Assembly: GCF_009914755.1 (NCBI RefSeq) | Contig: NC_060927.1 | DNA: 64,000 bases | From: the human T2T-CHM13v2.0 reference genome, Homo sapiens | Strand: one strand, 5' to 3' | In this document: positions 24,534 through 37,415 of the stretch, piece after piece | How positions within the stretch are numbered: the first letter of the stretch is position 1 | Layout of the letters: each line of letters opens with the position of its first letter | The notes under the pieces: model-generated | Database searches by the model: none | Told to the model about the DNA's origin: nothing | What the model saw: only the letters and a program-made list of their open reading frames with translations | Made by a program: the position numbers and the translations under genes

Positions 24534-25379
24534 ATGCTTGTCCTTCCCCTTCTCTGGCTCTTCTTCCCCGAGCAGTTGCTATAAGGGGGATCCTATCTCA
24601 TTCTGGTATTTGGGGTGACAGTCCTTAATGCTGGCTTTGCCTGTAGCTAGCTTGTTGCACTTTGGAGTCCAAAGGTCATATCTGCTAGGCACATAGGAAG
24701 ACAAAAGGGTCTAGATTCTTGGCCTTTTTTTTTTTTTTTTTTTTTTTGTCTCCCTTAAGACTATACCTGTTAGCAGGGCTTTCCACTTTCCTTCCTGGAA
24801 ATATCTGGTTGTGTATCACTTCTGTCTCCATCTCTGCAGCAATTGGTCTCAGCTTCTTAGCCCAATCTTCATGGCAGAAGAGCTGTAAATGGGGAAAGCA
24901 ACTTCCTCCCAAGAAGCAAAATGCAGTTTGATATTTCAAACTGTCATTTCCTTCATATATGTTGATTGCTTGAGTGAAAAACTCAAAACATTGAGCCATA
25001 GCTTGAGTTCATCACATGGGAAATAAAACTTAGTTTCTGTCAAAGTCTCACTCACTTTCAAGGCCAGAGGAGTTTTCAAAGAGGATGCTGCAATAAGCCT
25101 CACAAGAACATAGGCTTTCTTGTAAACCACTCAATGGGTAAATGTTAGTTTTGCAGACCCAGAGTAGTCCCTTAGTAAACCCAGCCATTTATAATTTCCC
25201 CAGGATTTAAAATCTCAAGCTGTGAGAATTCTCAGTTTTCACTTGTGACAGGACAGAATGGAAAGATTCCCTCTATGACTACTGGTTCTATATATTTCAT
25301 GCCACTCTGGGCTCCAGTTTACATTCTAATTTAACAATTCAGTGTGCAAAATTTCCTTCTTTTAATACCCTACCTATCA

Positions 25380-26040
25380 CTAGGTTGTAGCTTCAAATAG
25401 GCCATCATTATCAAAGCTTCTTGGTGAATCCCTTTGAAAATATTGTTAAGCAGTCGCCATTCTATTTTATAAAATGTCAAATGATTGTCCATGGATGCTT
25501 ACTCTGCCCTTGCAATGACTAATCTGTATAATCTGTAGTCCTATCAATGAGCTGTTTTTCTCCTCCCGGGCCCTGTTGTTGTTCATCCTATTTCCCTCCC
25601 TGGCAAATGTGACAGTTGTAGCTGTTGTTATTTTTCTCAAATGAGTTTAAATTGTGAATTACATCAGTTCGTCACAGCCAAAGCAAACCTCTTTTTAATT
25701 GCAGATCTCAAATGTCCCCCCTCTAAATTAAAATAAAATGCACAAAATGCTGCCAACTGTTTTTCCGACTCTTCCAAAATGGAGTATATCCAAAATGCTA
25801 CTGATGGATTGAGCCACATTAAGACATATAAACATTTAAAATCACTTACAACTTTTTTGCTGTTAGGGGAAAATGTTCACATTTTAGTTGTGGGGGTTGC
25901 CTGTGAGGATGAATGTGAGTCTGTTGATTGCCATTTGTGTCCCTTTGAAGTAAAAAAGAGTTTTGCCAATTTTCAATAATTCACCATGGAGATTTCTGTG
26001 GGTTTGTAGTCAGATATAAGTGGCTGCATTGCCTTTGAGA
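25380..26040. promoter_or_regulatory. Candidate enhancer (TCF/LEF plus PBX/MEIS motif cluster)
   Basis: No recognisable repeat; ATCAAAG at 25410, CTTTGAA at 25432 and 25943, TGACAG at 25610, TGATGGAT at 25802. Confidence 0.38.
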
Positions 26041-26059
26041 AAGGACATTGAGGATGTCC

Positions 26060-26230
26060 ATTTTAATAGCTGTGTAACCTTGGGCTTGTCCTTTAACTTC
26101 TGTGAACTTCATCATCATCATTCATAGACTTTGAATGGCGATATATGCCTTGCAGAATTTGGGGAATAATTATAAATAATGAATGTAAAGTACTTGACTT
26201 GAATAGGTGCTCAACAATGAAGCTGTTATC
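26060..26230 (+). mobile_element. MIR
   Basis: tagctgtgtaaccttgggc...ctttaacttctgtgaacttca...aatgaatgtaaagtactt. Confidence 0.6.
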
Positions 26231-26319
26231 AAGATCCACAGAGTGACAGCATCCAAATGTCACACGATAAGCAGACCCCTGAGCCTTTTGGGTTTCATGA
26301 ACCAAAATAATTTCAAATA

Positions 26320-26467
26320 TTTTTGTTTTTAAATTAAATTTAGTTTTTAATATTTGTATGGATTCAGAGGGTACCCGAGCAGTTTTGTTATGTGGGTATA
26401 TTTGTTCAGTGGCAAAGTCTGGGCTCTTAGTGTACCCATCACCCAAGCAGTGAACATTGTACCCAAT
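26320..26467 (-). mobile_element. L1PB-type extreme 3' end
   Basis: gcagttttgttatgtgggtatatt...aagtctgggctcttagtgtacccatcaccc...cattgtacccaat; short TSD aatttcaa. Confidence 0.8.
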
Positions 26468-27481
26468 TTCAATTTTTTTTTAATGGAACTGATATAAAGT
26501 TGACAAAATTTACTTTTATTTTCTTAAGTGAAGGCAACAAAGAAGCAAAGCCAACTAAATTCTCATCATTCTTGCAAAAGAAAGAAATTTAGCAACAACA
26601 ACAAAAAGGGAAGGACAAAATCTGAGAAAATAATATAACCCTTTAAATTAAATAAATGTAGATTCATGACAAAAGTTTTAAATTTTTCATTTCAGCATGA
26701 ACGAAAAAAAATCATCCATATTGTTGAGCTGCTGAATACCCAGGAAAGGCTGGAACCCATTTCTTTGTTCATGTGTTTGTCCAAATCCTGTGTTTCTCTC
26801 CATTGACTCTTGTTTTCTGAATGACCAACATATTAGAGCCATATCTTATAAGGGAAATGGGATGATGGTGAGCTTCTTTTTCCCATGGAGGCTAAGTTTA
26901 AATTATTTTCTTTCAGACGCACCCTGCCAGGCTCTGTTGCTTTCTGATCTATTTTCAGTGGCTCTTCATCTGACCTGAAAACATGCATGGGTGCTTGTTC
27001 ACTGATGTTCCCATCTGTACAGATCTGCTCATAGTCTCAGATTTAACAAGCCTTATTTTATCACTTTCATTTTCACTTCCTATTTGCAGAATATCACAAG
27101 TGAACTCCCTGAAGATTCTATAATCTTTGGTTTTGTTTACTATTTCTTTAGAAATGATGGTGGCCCCAGATATTTGTTTCTCCTCTATGGCTTGAAATGA
27201 TCCATTTCTTAATTTTTAAGGATGTAAATCCTTCAAAGTTGGACATTTGGTTCAACATATGTATCAAGAGCCAAAGAATGCATTCTGTAACCATATGTGA
27301 TTGTGTTCCATAAGAAAGGAAGACTGAGGAAGAATGTCATATTGTTATAGAATTAGAATTTGGAATTTAAAGTTAGACTTATAAACAATAGACCAAGACC
27401 TTCCGCTTTAGACTGGAAAATTGTCTAAGGAGGAAAAAGACCTGCCAACAGTCACGTAGATATTAGACCAGGGATAGATGA

Positions 27482-27873
27482 TGACGTGATTTGGCTGTGT
27501 CCCTACCCAAACTCATCTTGATTTGTAGTACCCATAATCCCCGTATGTCATAGGAGGGGCCAGATGGAGATAATTGCATCATGGGGGCTGTTTTCCCCAT
27601 CCTGTTCTTGTGATAGTGAGTTAGTTAGCGAGTTAGTTCTCACGAGATCTGATGGTTTTATAAGGGGCTTTTCCCCTTTTGCTTGGCACTTCTTCTTGCT
27701 GCTGCCACGTGAAGAAGGACGTGTTTGCTTCCCCTTGATTGTAACATATAGTAAGTTTCCTGAGGCTTCCCCAATCATGCTGAACTGTGAGCCAATTAAA
27801 CCTCTTTCCTTTATAAATTACCCAGTCTGGGCTATGTCTTTATTACTATGCAGCATGAGAATAGACTAATACA
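27482..27873 (+). mobile_element. THE1D solo LTR (MaLR)
   Basis: ttggctgtgtccctaccc...gttctcacgagatctgatggttttataaggggcttttcccc...gtgaagaaggacgtgtttgc...gactaataca; perfect 5-bp TSD GATGA. Confidence 0.93.
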
Positions 27874-28169
27874 GATGACTATAGAACTATATTGTGAAGG
27901 ATATTATATTACTGATTGAGCTGTTACAGAATGTTTCCTATTCTATCATTACTTAACTAGTAATGTGCTTAGGGTTTTGGGTTATGACTTATCTATGATG
28001 TATGTGTGACTGTCATGAAATTTAAAGACATGAAATGCTTGTAAACTGAAATAATAATTATAGGACACAGTCAAGAAGAGAAATAGCCACAGAGGCATAA
28101 ATATTCCATTTGTACCCTGAACCCAATTTCTGGTTAGATTTTAAGCATATTCACTCCATGGGGAGATAG

Positions 28170-28320
28170 TACCCAGAAATGGCTGCTTCAGTGCCAAAAA
28201 TACTAGAGTTTGAACCCTGGCTCAAAAAATTATTTTTTGTATGAACTTCAACGATTGCTTAACCTCTTTAAGTTTTAGTTTCTAATTTCTAAAATAGCAA
28301 TGCCAACCTCAGAATTTTTT
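28170..28320 (+). mobile_element. MIR
   Basis: gagtttgaaccctggctc...tgcttaacctctttaagttttagtttc. Confidence 0.55.
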
Positions 28321-28587
28321 TTTACAGAAGCTAGTATTGTGATAATAAACAAGTAGAATGTATTCATTCATTGAAGTAAGATTATATCTTGAAGGTTACT
28401 GCTCTGAATAATGTTTTCATTAACAAGATATTAACAGAGCTTTTGAAGGTCAAAGTTAGGTGATCATATATGACAAAATTACAGGGAAAATTACGTTAAA
28501 ATTTGAACAAAATGAAATATGTGGTGAAGCCGTATAGCATGGTTCATGGCATCATGTATAATGATATATGGTAATAATGGTATATGA

Positions 28588-28806
28588 CAGGGATCAGGAA
28601 TCTACAACCTAAGGGCCCACTACCAGTTTGTGTAAATAAAGTTTTATTGGAACACTGCTATGCCCATTTATTTACATATTGTCTATAAATATGCTGCTTT
28701 TGTGCTACAACACTAGAGTTGAATAGTTGTGACAGAGATTATATGGCCCACAAAGTCTAAAGTACTTACAATCTGGACTTTTGCAGAAAATGTTTGACAA
28801 TTTCTG
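28588..28806 (-). mobile_element. MER58A
   Basis: tgtaaataaagttttattggaacac...agagttgaatagttgtgacagaga...tggcccacaaagtctaaa. Confidence 0.85.
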
Positions 28807-29011
28807 GTATATAATGATGCTGATACTATGGGTTCTTTTTCTCTCTCACTGAGAAAGCAGCACAGCACCAAGCATCCTTTATATTTCCTTAGCATTGACT
28901 GCAGTGCCTTGCTCTGCATTCTGCACATGTTAAGCAATCTACACATTCTATGGTGTGCTTTGCTGTCAATTTCCTATAACTTTAATAAAAATAAATTATT
29001 ACATAGGATAG

Positions 29012-29446
29012 TGCTATGGTTTGAATATTTGTCTCCTCCAAAATTCATGTTGAAATTTAATCCCCAATGCGGTATCATTGAGAAGTAAGGACTTTAAGAA
29101 GGGATTGGGTCATGAAGGTGTTGCCCTCATGAATGGATTAATGTATTCATGAATTCATAGATTCATGCGTTAATGGATTAATGAATTATTAAGTGAGTGG
29201 GAGTGGTGGCTTTATAAGATGAGGAAGAGAGATCTGAGGTAGCACACTCAGCTCCCTCACCATGTGATGCCCTACATTGCCTTGGGACTCTGCAGAGAGT
29301 CCCAGCTAGCAAGAAGGCACTCATCAGATGCCGTCCCTTGACTCCAGACTTCTCAGCCTCCATATCTGTAAGAAATAAATTCCTTTCTTTATAAATTACC
29401 TAGGTTTAGGTATTCTGTTATAAGCAACAAAACAATGGGTAAGACA
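29012..29446 (+). mobile_element. MST (MSTD/MSTB2-like) solo LTR
   Basis: tgctatggtttgaatatttgtc...gccctcatgaatggattaat...tattctgttataagcaaca...taagaca; perfect TSD GATAG. Confidence 0.92.
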
Positions 29447-29560
29447 GATAGTTAAGGTGGACAAAGTATCTTCCAGCATGGGTGTTGTGAAGAGCTATTT
29501 CCATTCCTAAAATCTGGTTCACGAAACACTTATCCTAGCACAGACCTTTTGGGTTTAGTT

Positions 29561-29742
29561 CAGTGATTCTCAAACTTGAACATACAACAGAATTTCCTGC
29601 TGGTCTGGAAAAAACACATAGTTGGGTCCATCCCTAGATATATGATTCAATAGAGGCAGTGTAGGGCCTGAGAATTTGCATTTGTAGCAATTTCCCAGTG
29701 ATGCTGATGCTGGTGGTTCATGAATCACCTTTGGGGACTTCC
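29561..29742. mobile_element. MER5A
   Basis: cagtgattctcaaactt...gggcctgagaatttgcattt...ttcccagtgatgctgatgctggtgg. Confidence 0.8.
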
Positions 29743-30039
29743 ACATCTGGACTGCGCAGATTGATAGAATCGTAACCTCCACAAGGGGCTAGACATATGT
29801 AATTTATGCATTTAAGTATATCCAGCTTCTATCACAGGGCCTGGCCCATGTTTACCCAGCACTCAATACATATCTGTCAAGTGGATGAATAAAAAGCCAC
29901 TGCCTGCTTGGCTGCCAACCTGGTAGGTGAGAGACTTGGTTTGAAAGCTCTGCCTTTGGTTGTGCCAATGACTGGGAAAAAATATCTAGAAACTTAAGAA
30001 AATCTACATGGAACTCCTTGTGGTATGCTCTGAAATACA

Positions 30040-30205
30040 GACTATAGAGGAAATATTTTAGTGGCTCTACAGGATACATGGTCTCTGTTGCACCTACTGA
30101 ATTCTGCTACCATAGCAAGAGAGCCACCATAGAGGATATGTAATGAATGGGTATGGTTGTGCTCAAAGCAGGCATTGAGCCAGATTGTTTGCTGACTTCT
30201 CTGTT
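30040..30205 (+). mobile_element. MER58A fragment
   Basis: aaatattttag...tggtctctgttgcacctactgaattctgc...atgaatgggtatggttgtg. Confidence 0.65.
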
Positions 30206-30497
30206 AAACCATGAATTTTAAATGATTGCATAGTATAGATGGTACATACATGGACACATGTACCATCATTGCCCTTTAATAAATTTTATTGCATTATAAT
30301 ATACATATAGAGAATTGTATTTATTGTCTGTTGCAGTTTGATGAATTTTGTCAACTGGATATATCCGTGACAGTACCCAGGGTGTAATTGCCTTTTGGTA
30401 GATCGGAATTGTTTCTAATTTGGGACTTTTACTAATGAAGCTATTATGAGCATAGTACCTGATATACTTTATTTTATTACTATATCTGCACATTGGT

Positions 30498-30979
30498 TGT
30501 ATTAGTTTTCTGTTCCTTCTATAATAAATTACCATGTACTTGGTGGCTTCAATAAATACAAATTTATTATCTTACAGTTTTGCAAGTCTGAAACCTGGGT
30601 TAAAGCCAAGATGTTGGCAGGGCTGTGGTCTTTTCTGGAGGCTGTCAGGGAGAATCTGTTTCCATGCCTTTTCCAGCTTCTAGAGGACACCAACATTCCA
30701 TGGCTTATGGCTCTTTTTTTCCAACTTCAAAGCCAATAACCTTGCTTCTCTCTGATCATGCTTCCATAGTCACATCTCTCTGAACCACAGGAAAAATTCT
30801 TTGATTTTAAGGACTCATGAGATTGAATTGGACCTATTGGAGAATCCAAGATTTTCTACCCTCGTCAAGATTCTTAATATAATCACACTTGCCTTTTGTC
30901 TCATAATGTATTTACAGGTTCTGAGGACTAAGGTGTGAATATTTGATGGGCGGGGTTGGATATTAGTCTGCCTAGCATG
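30498..30979 (-). mobile_element. MLT1C/D solo LTR
   Basis: tgtattagttttctg...aaatttattatcttacagttt...gttggcagggctgtg...gccttttccagcttctagagg; TSD TTGGT. Confidence 0.88.
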
Positions 30980-32313
30980 TTGGTTATATGAATTAATCAA
31001 CGAAGACTACTCTAGTTTGTAGGAAAGCTGAGTTCCAAGATTTTTGCCAAATTTGCTTTTTCAAATTTTTGGAACAATAAAAAAATATGCAGTAGCATAA
31101 TCAGTTAGCTAACATAGATGATCTGAATAATAGATACCCTGGTAATGAAAATATATATTAAGGTACCATTTACTCTTTCAGTGTAATGAAACAAAACCCA
31201 GCCTACTCAGGTAGAGCATAAGCTGTATGCTATGTAGAACTCTAACAGAAGACATTCTTTAGATTGCTATCTATCTGTTGACCAACACACTCTCTGACAA
31301 TAACTCCTTTATGTCCTCTCCTTTCACTTGACAATCTCTTTTGCACTCTTTGCCTTGTCATCACACATCATTTTTCATGTGATCGTTTGTTGGAGACTCA
31401 TATACAGATGCTCTGTCTGGTCTCTAATGGGGCAAAAACACACAGGACAGAAACACACAGCCTGGGTGTATTTTCTACTCTGAGATCACAAGCCTGAACA
31501 TTGTCATCTTTTTGAACATCTTCCCAAGGGATAGTGCAAAGGGAAAAAGGGCAGAGTTTCTCAAGTGTAAGAACTAATTTCAAAAACTGTGCAAGGGTCT
31601 TTAGAGAGCTGTCGGTTAGAGACCCACTCCCCAACCAAGATCACTCTAAATGGAAAGACAATGAATGGAAGTGCATTCAGAGAATGCAGCCTGACCTTCT
31701 GGGGTACTAAGGGGCCTTGTAGGAGGGATGGCTCTAGAAGGTTTAGCTGTTCAGTCTAAGACAAAGAAAACCCAAAGTCGGTTAGAGGAAGGGGATAGAA
31801 GAGCTGTCTTTAAACATCTAATGAAGTATAACATGAAAAGGGGTTTATGCTGGTTTTGGAGAAAGCTAAAGTAGCAATTTTCAAACTTCAGTTGTTCATT
31901 TGCATCGCTTGGGAAGATTCTGAATGCAGATTCCTAGTCTCCGCTTACTGAAGGTTCTGAAAGGGGGTGGGACATAAAGCCAAATTTTGAACAAAGTGCC
32001 ACAGTTGATACTGATAGAGGTATTTCAAAGATGTTATATATATATATTCATCAGATATTTATTGAGCATTTTCAATATGACAGGCACTGTTACAAGAGTG
32101 AGGATATACAACTGAATAAAACATACTAGCTTCCTGTCCTCAAGGGGCTTATATTCTAGAGGGGGAAGGTAGACAATGAACAAATCCATTAAGAAAATGT
32201 ATAGTATGTCAGACAGCGATAAGTGAAAAGAAAAAAAAAAAAGCAGGAAAAGGAGCTAGGAAGTACTGGGGAGAGGGGTGAAGCTGATTTTTAAATAAGT
32301 GAACTTAAAGTAA

Positions 32314-32600
32314 TTTTTTTTTTTGAGACAGTCTCACTTTGTCATCCAGGCTGGAGTGCCATGATGTGATCTCAGATCATTGCAGCATTGACCTCCTGGG
32401 CCCAAGTGATCCTCCCACCTCAGCCCCCCAAGTAGCTGGGAACAGGCATGCGCCACGATGTCTGGCTAATCTTTATAGTTTTTATAGAGATGGGGTCTCA
32501 TTTTGTTGCCCAGGCTGGTCTTGAACCTAAGCTCAAGCACTCTGCCTGTCTCAACTTCCCAAAGTGCCAGGATTACAGACGGGAGCCACCACACCCAGCC
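32314..32600 (-). mobile_element. AluJ (first of a tandem pair)
   Basis: gagacagtctcactttgtcatccaggctgg...gagccaccacacccagcc. Confidence 0.93.
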
Positions 32601-32601
32601 A

Positions 32602-32902
32602 ATTTTTTTTTTTTTTTTTTTGAGACAAAATCTTATTTTGTCACTCTGGCTGGAGTACAGCAGCATGATCATAGCTCATTGTAGCTTCAAACTCCTGGGC
32701 TCAAGGGATTCCCCTGTCTCAGACTCCTGAGGAACTGAGAGTACAGGCACACAGCACCATGCTGAGCTAGTTTTTAATTTTTTGTAGAAATGAGGTCTCA
32801 CTATGTTGCCCAGGCTGGTCTTGAACTCCTGGGCTCAAGCAATATTCTCACCTCAGCCTCCCAAAACACTGGGATTATAGTCATAAGCCACTGCATCCAG
32901 CC
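32602..32902 (-). mobile_element. AluJ (second of a tandem pair)
   Basis: poly-T, gagacaaaatctt...atgatcatagctcattgtagc...aagccactgcatccagcc. Confidence 0.93.
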
Positions 32903-33399
32903 AGCTAATTTAAATTAAGGAACTGAATGAAGGAAGGGAGAGAATAAGATGTGTGGTTTCTGGAGGAAGAGTGTCCTATGCAGAGGGATCAGCAAGCGCA
33001 AAATAATTTCAGGAGATGTGTGCTTAAGGAGTGGTAAGATGCCAGTGTGACCTCGCAAACTGAGCAGGGAGGAGTTAGCTAGGACTATCTGTGAGGTGAG
33101 ATACTCTGTTTATTCAACAGGGACATGAGGGAGGGCAGACTCCTTTAGAAAAGCAATTGATATATTTATTCTAAGAAGAAAGAACTTCGAGCTCTCTTGG
33201 GAAGTTTGCATTCAAGTGCATTGGTATGCCTGTTGTAGGGAGAATTCAAATATCTGGTTGGTGGTTGTTTGGTGGTTGAACCAAGCCACTGGTTTGCAAA
33301 CCTGGCTGTGCCTCATAATCACCTGGGGAGGCAGAGGTGCACATTTGCTCTAACAGCATTTTTTTTTTTTTGTCTTTGGCTAATTATCTCTCCATGATT

Positions 33400-33774
33400 T
33401 GAAGTGTTGATGGTACTGATAATTGAAATACCTCTCTTTCCACGGCCAAGAAACAGAGATATAACCCAAGTCAAGTTAGTCACATTTTTTCTATTGGAAT
33501 TTAATCAATTTAATCTTGACTAGAGTGACACATGCATGGATAACAGTAGGGGCCAATTCTTTTTTACTATGACTTGTGGAGAAGCCATCTTTTAAGTTTT
33601 GTTTCCCAGACTCCCATAACTCTCAGTTCTTATTCTTTCCAAGGTCTGAATTTTAAGCATTTTCTTTCATTCTGAGAGCCACACTATAAACTTCCAAAAT
33701 ATTTATTTTCCCCTTAAATAGGCGAGAGTTGTTTTTTACTGTTCTCACAACAACAAAAAGACAGGTCTGATACA
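33400..33774 (+). mobile_element. Old MLT1 (K/L-like) LTR between two MER5 halves
   Basis: Ends ttttccccttaaataggcgagagttg...caacaaaaagacaggtctgataca; MER5-like pieces at about 33290-33340 and 33790-33900. Confidence 0.5.
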
Positions 33775-34386
33775 GAGATTCACAAAAATACATATTTCCA
33801 GGTATCACTCTGATTCCATTGAATAAGATATTTGGGGACAACATTCTAGGATTTAGTATTTTGAAAGGCTTTTTAGGTAATGCTGATTCAGTTCTGGTCC
33901 TGCAAAATACAGGCTGAAAATCCTGGACTTGATGCTTCAGACATATCCCTGCCATGAGCTGCTTGCTGTGCCTTCTGGCTGATTTGGATAAAGGCGCTCC
34001 AATTCTGAGGCTGATTGTATTTCTCTCCTTCCCTCTAGTAGTCATTCTCCTCCCAACCGGGTTCATTAACTAGTGAAAACTGAAGCCAAGTGAACAAATT
34101 GTCTGGACCTCTATGTTAAGGGCCATGTGTAGATAAGAGTCAAAGGAAGGAATGTTTGCAGGAATCCCCACTCTGCGGGGTCTGGCTTTGGGAGGTTGGG
34201 TAACAATTTCCTGTAACTTCACGTACTTGTGGAGAGCACACTTTCCAATTGTGTTTCAGGAAAACCTATGTTTTCTAAGAAAGGTACAAGGGGGCTATTG
34301 TGGTATATATGTATATGCTTATTTACTTATTTATTTTCAGTTTGTTCTATGCCTTCTGCCTCCCAATGTGAGTCCCACAAGGGCAG

Positions 34387-34694
34387 TGTCTTAGTCTGTT
34401 TTCTTTTGCTTTAACAGAATACCACAGACTGGGTAAATTATAAACAATGGAGGTTTAATTTGGTTCGAGGTTCTTGAGGCTAGGAAGTCCAAAAGCATGG
34501 TCCTGGCATCTGGTAAGAGTCATCCCATGGTGGAAGGTGGAGTGAGCACACAAGACAGAGAGAGGCACCAGGGGCTGAACTTACTTTAAGAGGTGGGGCC
34601 CAATCTCTTATTAAGCCCCACCTCTTAACATTGTTGCATTGGAGATTAGGTTCCCAACATGTGAATTTTGGGGAGTCACATTCAAACCATAGCA
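34387..34694 (-). mobile_element. MST (MSTB/C-like) solo LTR, internally deleted, inserted in an L2 end
   Basis: tgtcttagtctgttt...aacagaataccacagactgggtaa...cacattcaaaccatagca; perfect TSD GGCAG; L2 sequence continues on both sides. Confidence 0.9.
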
Positions 34695-35867
34695 GGCAGG
34701 GACCTTTTCAATTTTGTTTCCCTCTGTATGCTCAGATTCTAGAATAGTTTCTAGCTCTTAGGAAGCTTTCATTAAGTAGTTTTAGAGTGAATTAATTTTT
34801 AAAACATCAGACCTTTACAGAGGTTTTACCAATGGTTCTGTTATTAAATATTATTTTGAAAGCCTCTCCACTATAGCAGTATTGTTCAAACCCAGTGCTA
34901 CAGACAAGCTACATCAGAATTACCCAAGGAACTTAAGATGTAGTTTCCTGAGATGTTCCTGAAGGGGTTGTTTCAGTGAGCCTGGAGATTCATATGGTAT
35001 GTTTATGATTATTACTATTATGATTGATGTTATTACTGTAGTGATGGCTGTTTTGAATTTGCAAGGTTTAAATGCACTTGACTAGATGATTGCCAAAGTC
35101 TCTCCCTGCACTGACATCCTAACAGGATGGTTCTGGTGAGAAAAATAAGCTCGGACTTCACCTAAGTGGCCCTGAAATTCCTTCCTTTCAAAATTTGGCT
35201 CTCTTCACAAGGAGTTGCTATATTGCCTCAGAGGATTTTGCTTCCTTGCTTTAGGGATGGGGAAAAGAAATCCCCTGAAATAATTTCAGGGCTTTGGGAT
35301 TAAAAAAAAAAAAAAAAGGCAAGCAGAAGGGGGCAACTTCATATTCCTCTTGGGACTCTGGGATTTCTCCAAGATAGTAGGAGTTCTTGTTTATTAAAAT
35401 GTCTTAGGTATGCTTCTCTTTTGTGGCAGGCACTATCGATTAGGCAGCAAAGAAGGTAGACAGATTTTCTGCTCCACAGAGCTTACAGTCTTGTGGAGGA
35501 GACGGATGTTAGATAAACAATGGCATAAATAGGGATTTAAATAACCATCAAGACCAATTCCTTATTTGGGAATATAGCAGTTGAAAAGGTGGAATTAAGT
35601 ATTTATTCTTAGTGGTTCTTATATGAACTATATTTTAAAATAACCAAAAAGCCCAAGGTGATCAAGGAAAGTTTAGTTTTGTGTGTGAAAAAATTCTTAC
35701 CAAGAAAGGAGAAAGGAGTGATAGAATCCACAAATCACTATTTTATTTCCCTTAAATAAATAATGAATGCAGGCTACACTCATCAATGAATGGAGCCATT
35801 AAAAGGAAAGTTTGTGGGGAAATTGGCAATGAAGGAGTTAGGCTATTACATTCCTACTGTTACCTAG

Positions 35868-36250
35868 CATTTATTGTCTCAGTATTCTGGAGGCCAGAAG
35901 TCCAATATCTGGCAGCACTGTGCTCCCTCCAGGGATTTTAGGGGAAAATTCGTTTCTTGCCTCTTCTAGATTCTTGGTTGCTGCCCTAGTGTTTCTTGGC
36001 TTGTGGCTACATCACCGCAGTCTCTGTCTTCATCTTCATAAGACCTCTGTGTTTCTCTTTCAAACTCTCTCTGCCTCTGTCCTGTGAGAATACATATGAT
36101 TGCACATACAATCCACCAAGATATCTAGGGTAAATTCCTCTTCTTAAGATGCTCAAGTGAATCACATCTTTTGCCATGTAAGGTAATATTCATATCTGAG
36201 GATTGGGATGTGGACATATCTTTCTGAGGGGCGCCATTCACTCCACCACA
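35868..36250 (-). mobile_element. MLT1B/C LTR
   Basis: tttattgtctcagtattctggaggccagaagtcca...ttttgccatgtaaggtaatattca...tgtggacatatcttt...attcactccaccaca. Confidence 0.85.
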
Positions 36251-36397
36251 TGTGTCTTCCAGTGGGATGCACTGTGAAGTACATAGCCTCATTTGCAATC
36301 TTTCCTTGACAGAAAAGCTTTTCTGTGTTTAACCAGACCATTGGAGCTTATAATCATTTATAGAAAATATTGGAGATAGAGAAATAAATGAAATAAT

Positions 36398-36525
36398 CCA
36401 GGCTTAGTGGCTAGCTCCTGTAATCCTAGGGCTCTAGGAGGCCAAAGCAGGAGGATCACTTGAGGCCAGCCTGGGCAAACTAGAAAGACGCAATCTCTAA
36501 AAAATTTAAATTTAAATTTAAAAAA
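36398..36525 (+). mobile_element. FLAM-type Alu monomer with an internal deletion
   Basis: cctgtaatcctag...ggaggatcacttgaggccagcctgggcaa followed by an A-rich tail. Confidence 0.8.
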
Positions 36526-36834
36526 GAGCAAGAGAAAGTGAAATGACTTTCTAATCAGGTAAACACAAAATATGGAATGTTCCATAGGATAATTGACTTT
36601 TTTTTTGTGCTAATCAATGGCATGGAACAAGGTGAAAGTGGGCTGTTCTAGATTACAAGATTTAAAGACACAGCAACCAAGTTTTCTTGTGGACCCTGTA
36701 TGAGTACTTATTAGACCAAACTAGCTCTAAAAAGACATCTTTGAAATGATAGAGTAATTTGATTTAGAACTGGGTGTGAGTTGGTACTTAGGAATTGGAA
36801 TGAATTTGATTAGCAGTGACAATAACATTGTAGT

Positions 36835-37388
36835 TGTGTCAAGTACTTCTTGTGTCCTGTGTCACATCCTCTCAGTCCACCTTTTCACCCCAGCTGTTGC
36901 GGCTACCCCTAGTGTTGCCCAGGTAAAGCCTGATAGCACCTCCCCTAAACTTCACCACATGCCTTTCTTTCTCCTCTGGGTGCCTCTGTTCCCCTATGGG
37001 ACACCTGTGGTAACTGTTCCAGCTATTCTGTCTCTTTCTGAAGCATTCCATTGCCAATCTGGGAGTGTAAGAGTTAATGCTCCGTGGGGTGATTCCTGAC
37101 CAGTGGGTAGGAGAATCAGTGGATAAATACTTCCCATTGTGGTCACTCAATAAATGATCTAAATTGCATTCTACAGCTCCTCTGAGAGTCCTCAGCAGAA
37201 CCCAGCCCCATGTGCCCACGGAATTAGTTCTCTGAGAATGCATAATGCATCATCCTTGGGTAGGCTTTCCCTCCTTCCCTGTTTCAGTCTTCTCAGCCCC
37301 ACACTCCTTGGGATCACTTCCCAAAATAACAACTTACATACAAGCCCCTGTTTCCAGCTCTACTTTTAGGGGGACCCAGGCTGAGATA
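36835..37388 (+). mobile_element. LTR16-family (ERVL) solo LTR
   Basis: gagttaatgctccgtgggg...ggataaatacttccc...tgggatcacttcccaaaataacaacttacatacaagccc...gggggacccaggctgaga. Confidence 0.75.
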
Positions 37389-37415
37389 GTGTTTTTTTTA
37401 AAAAAAAAACTCTCA

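Larger units (their letters stand above)
32045..33100 (-). mobile_element. L2a 3' region split by two Alus
   Basis: atatttattgagcatt...caggcactgtt...ctgtcctcaaggggcttatattctag; resumes as tgaatgaaggaagggag...ggaggaagagtgtcc. Confidence 0.75.

Noticed and set aside
33653-34066. 137-aa minus-strand ORF
   Set aside because: It runs across MER5 and MLT1 relics and has no domain signature.
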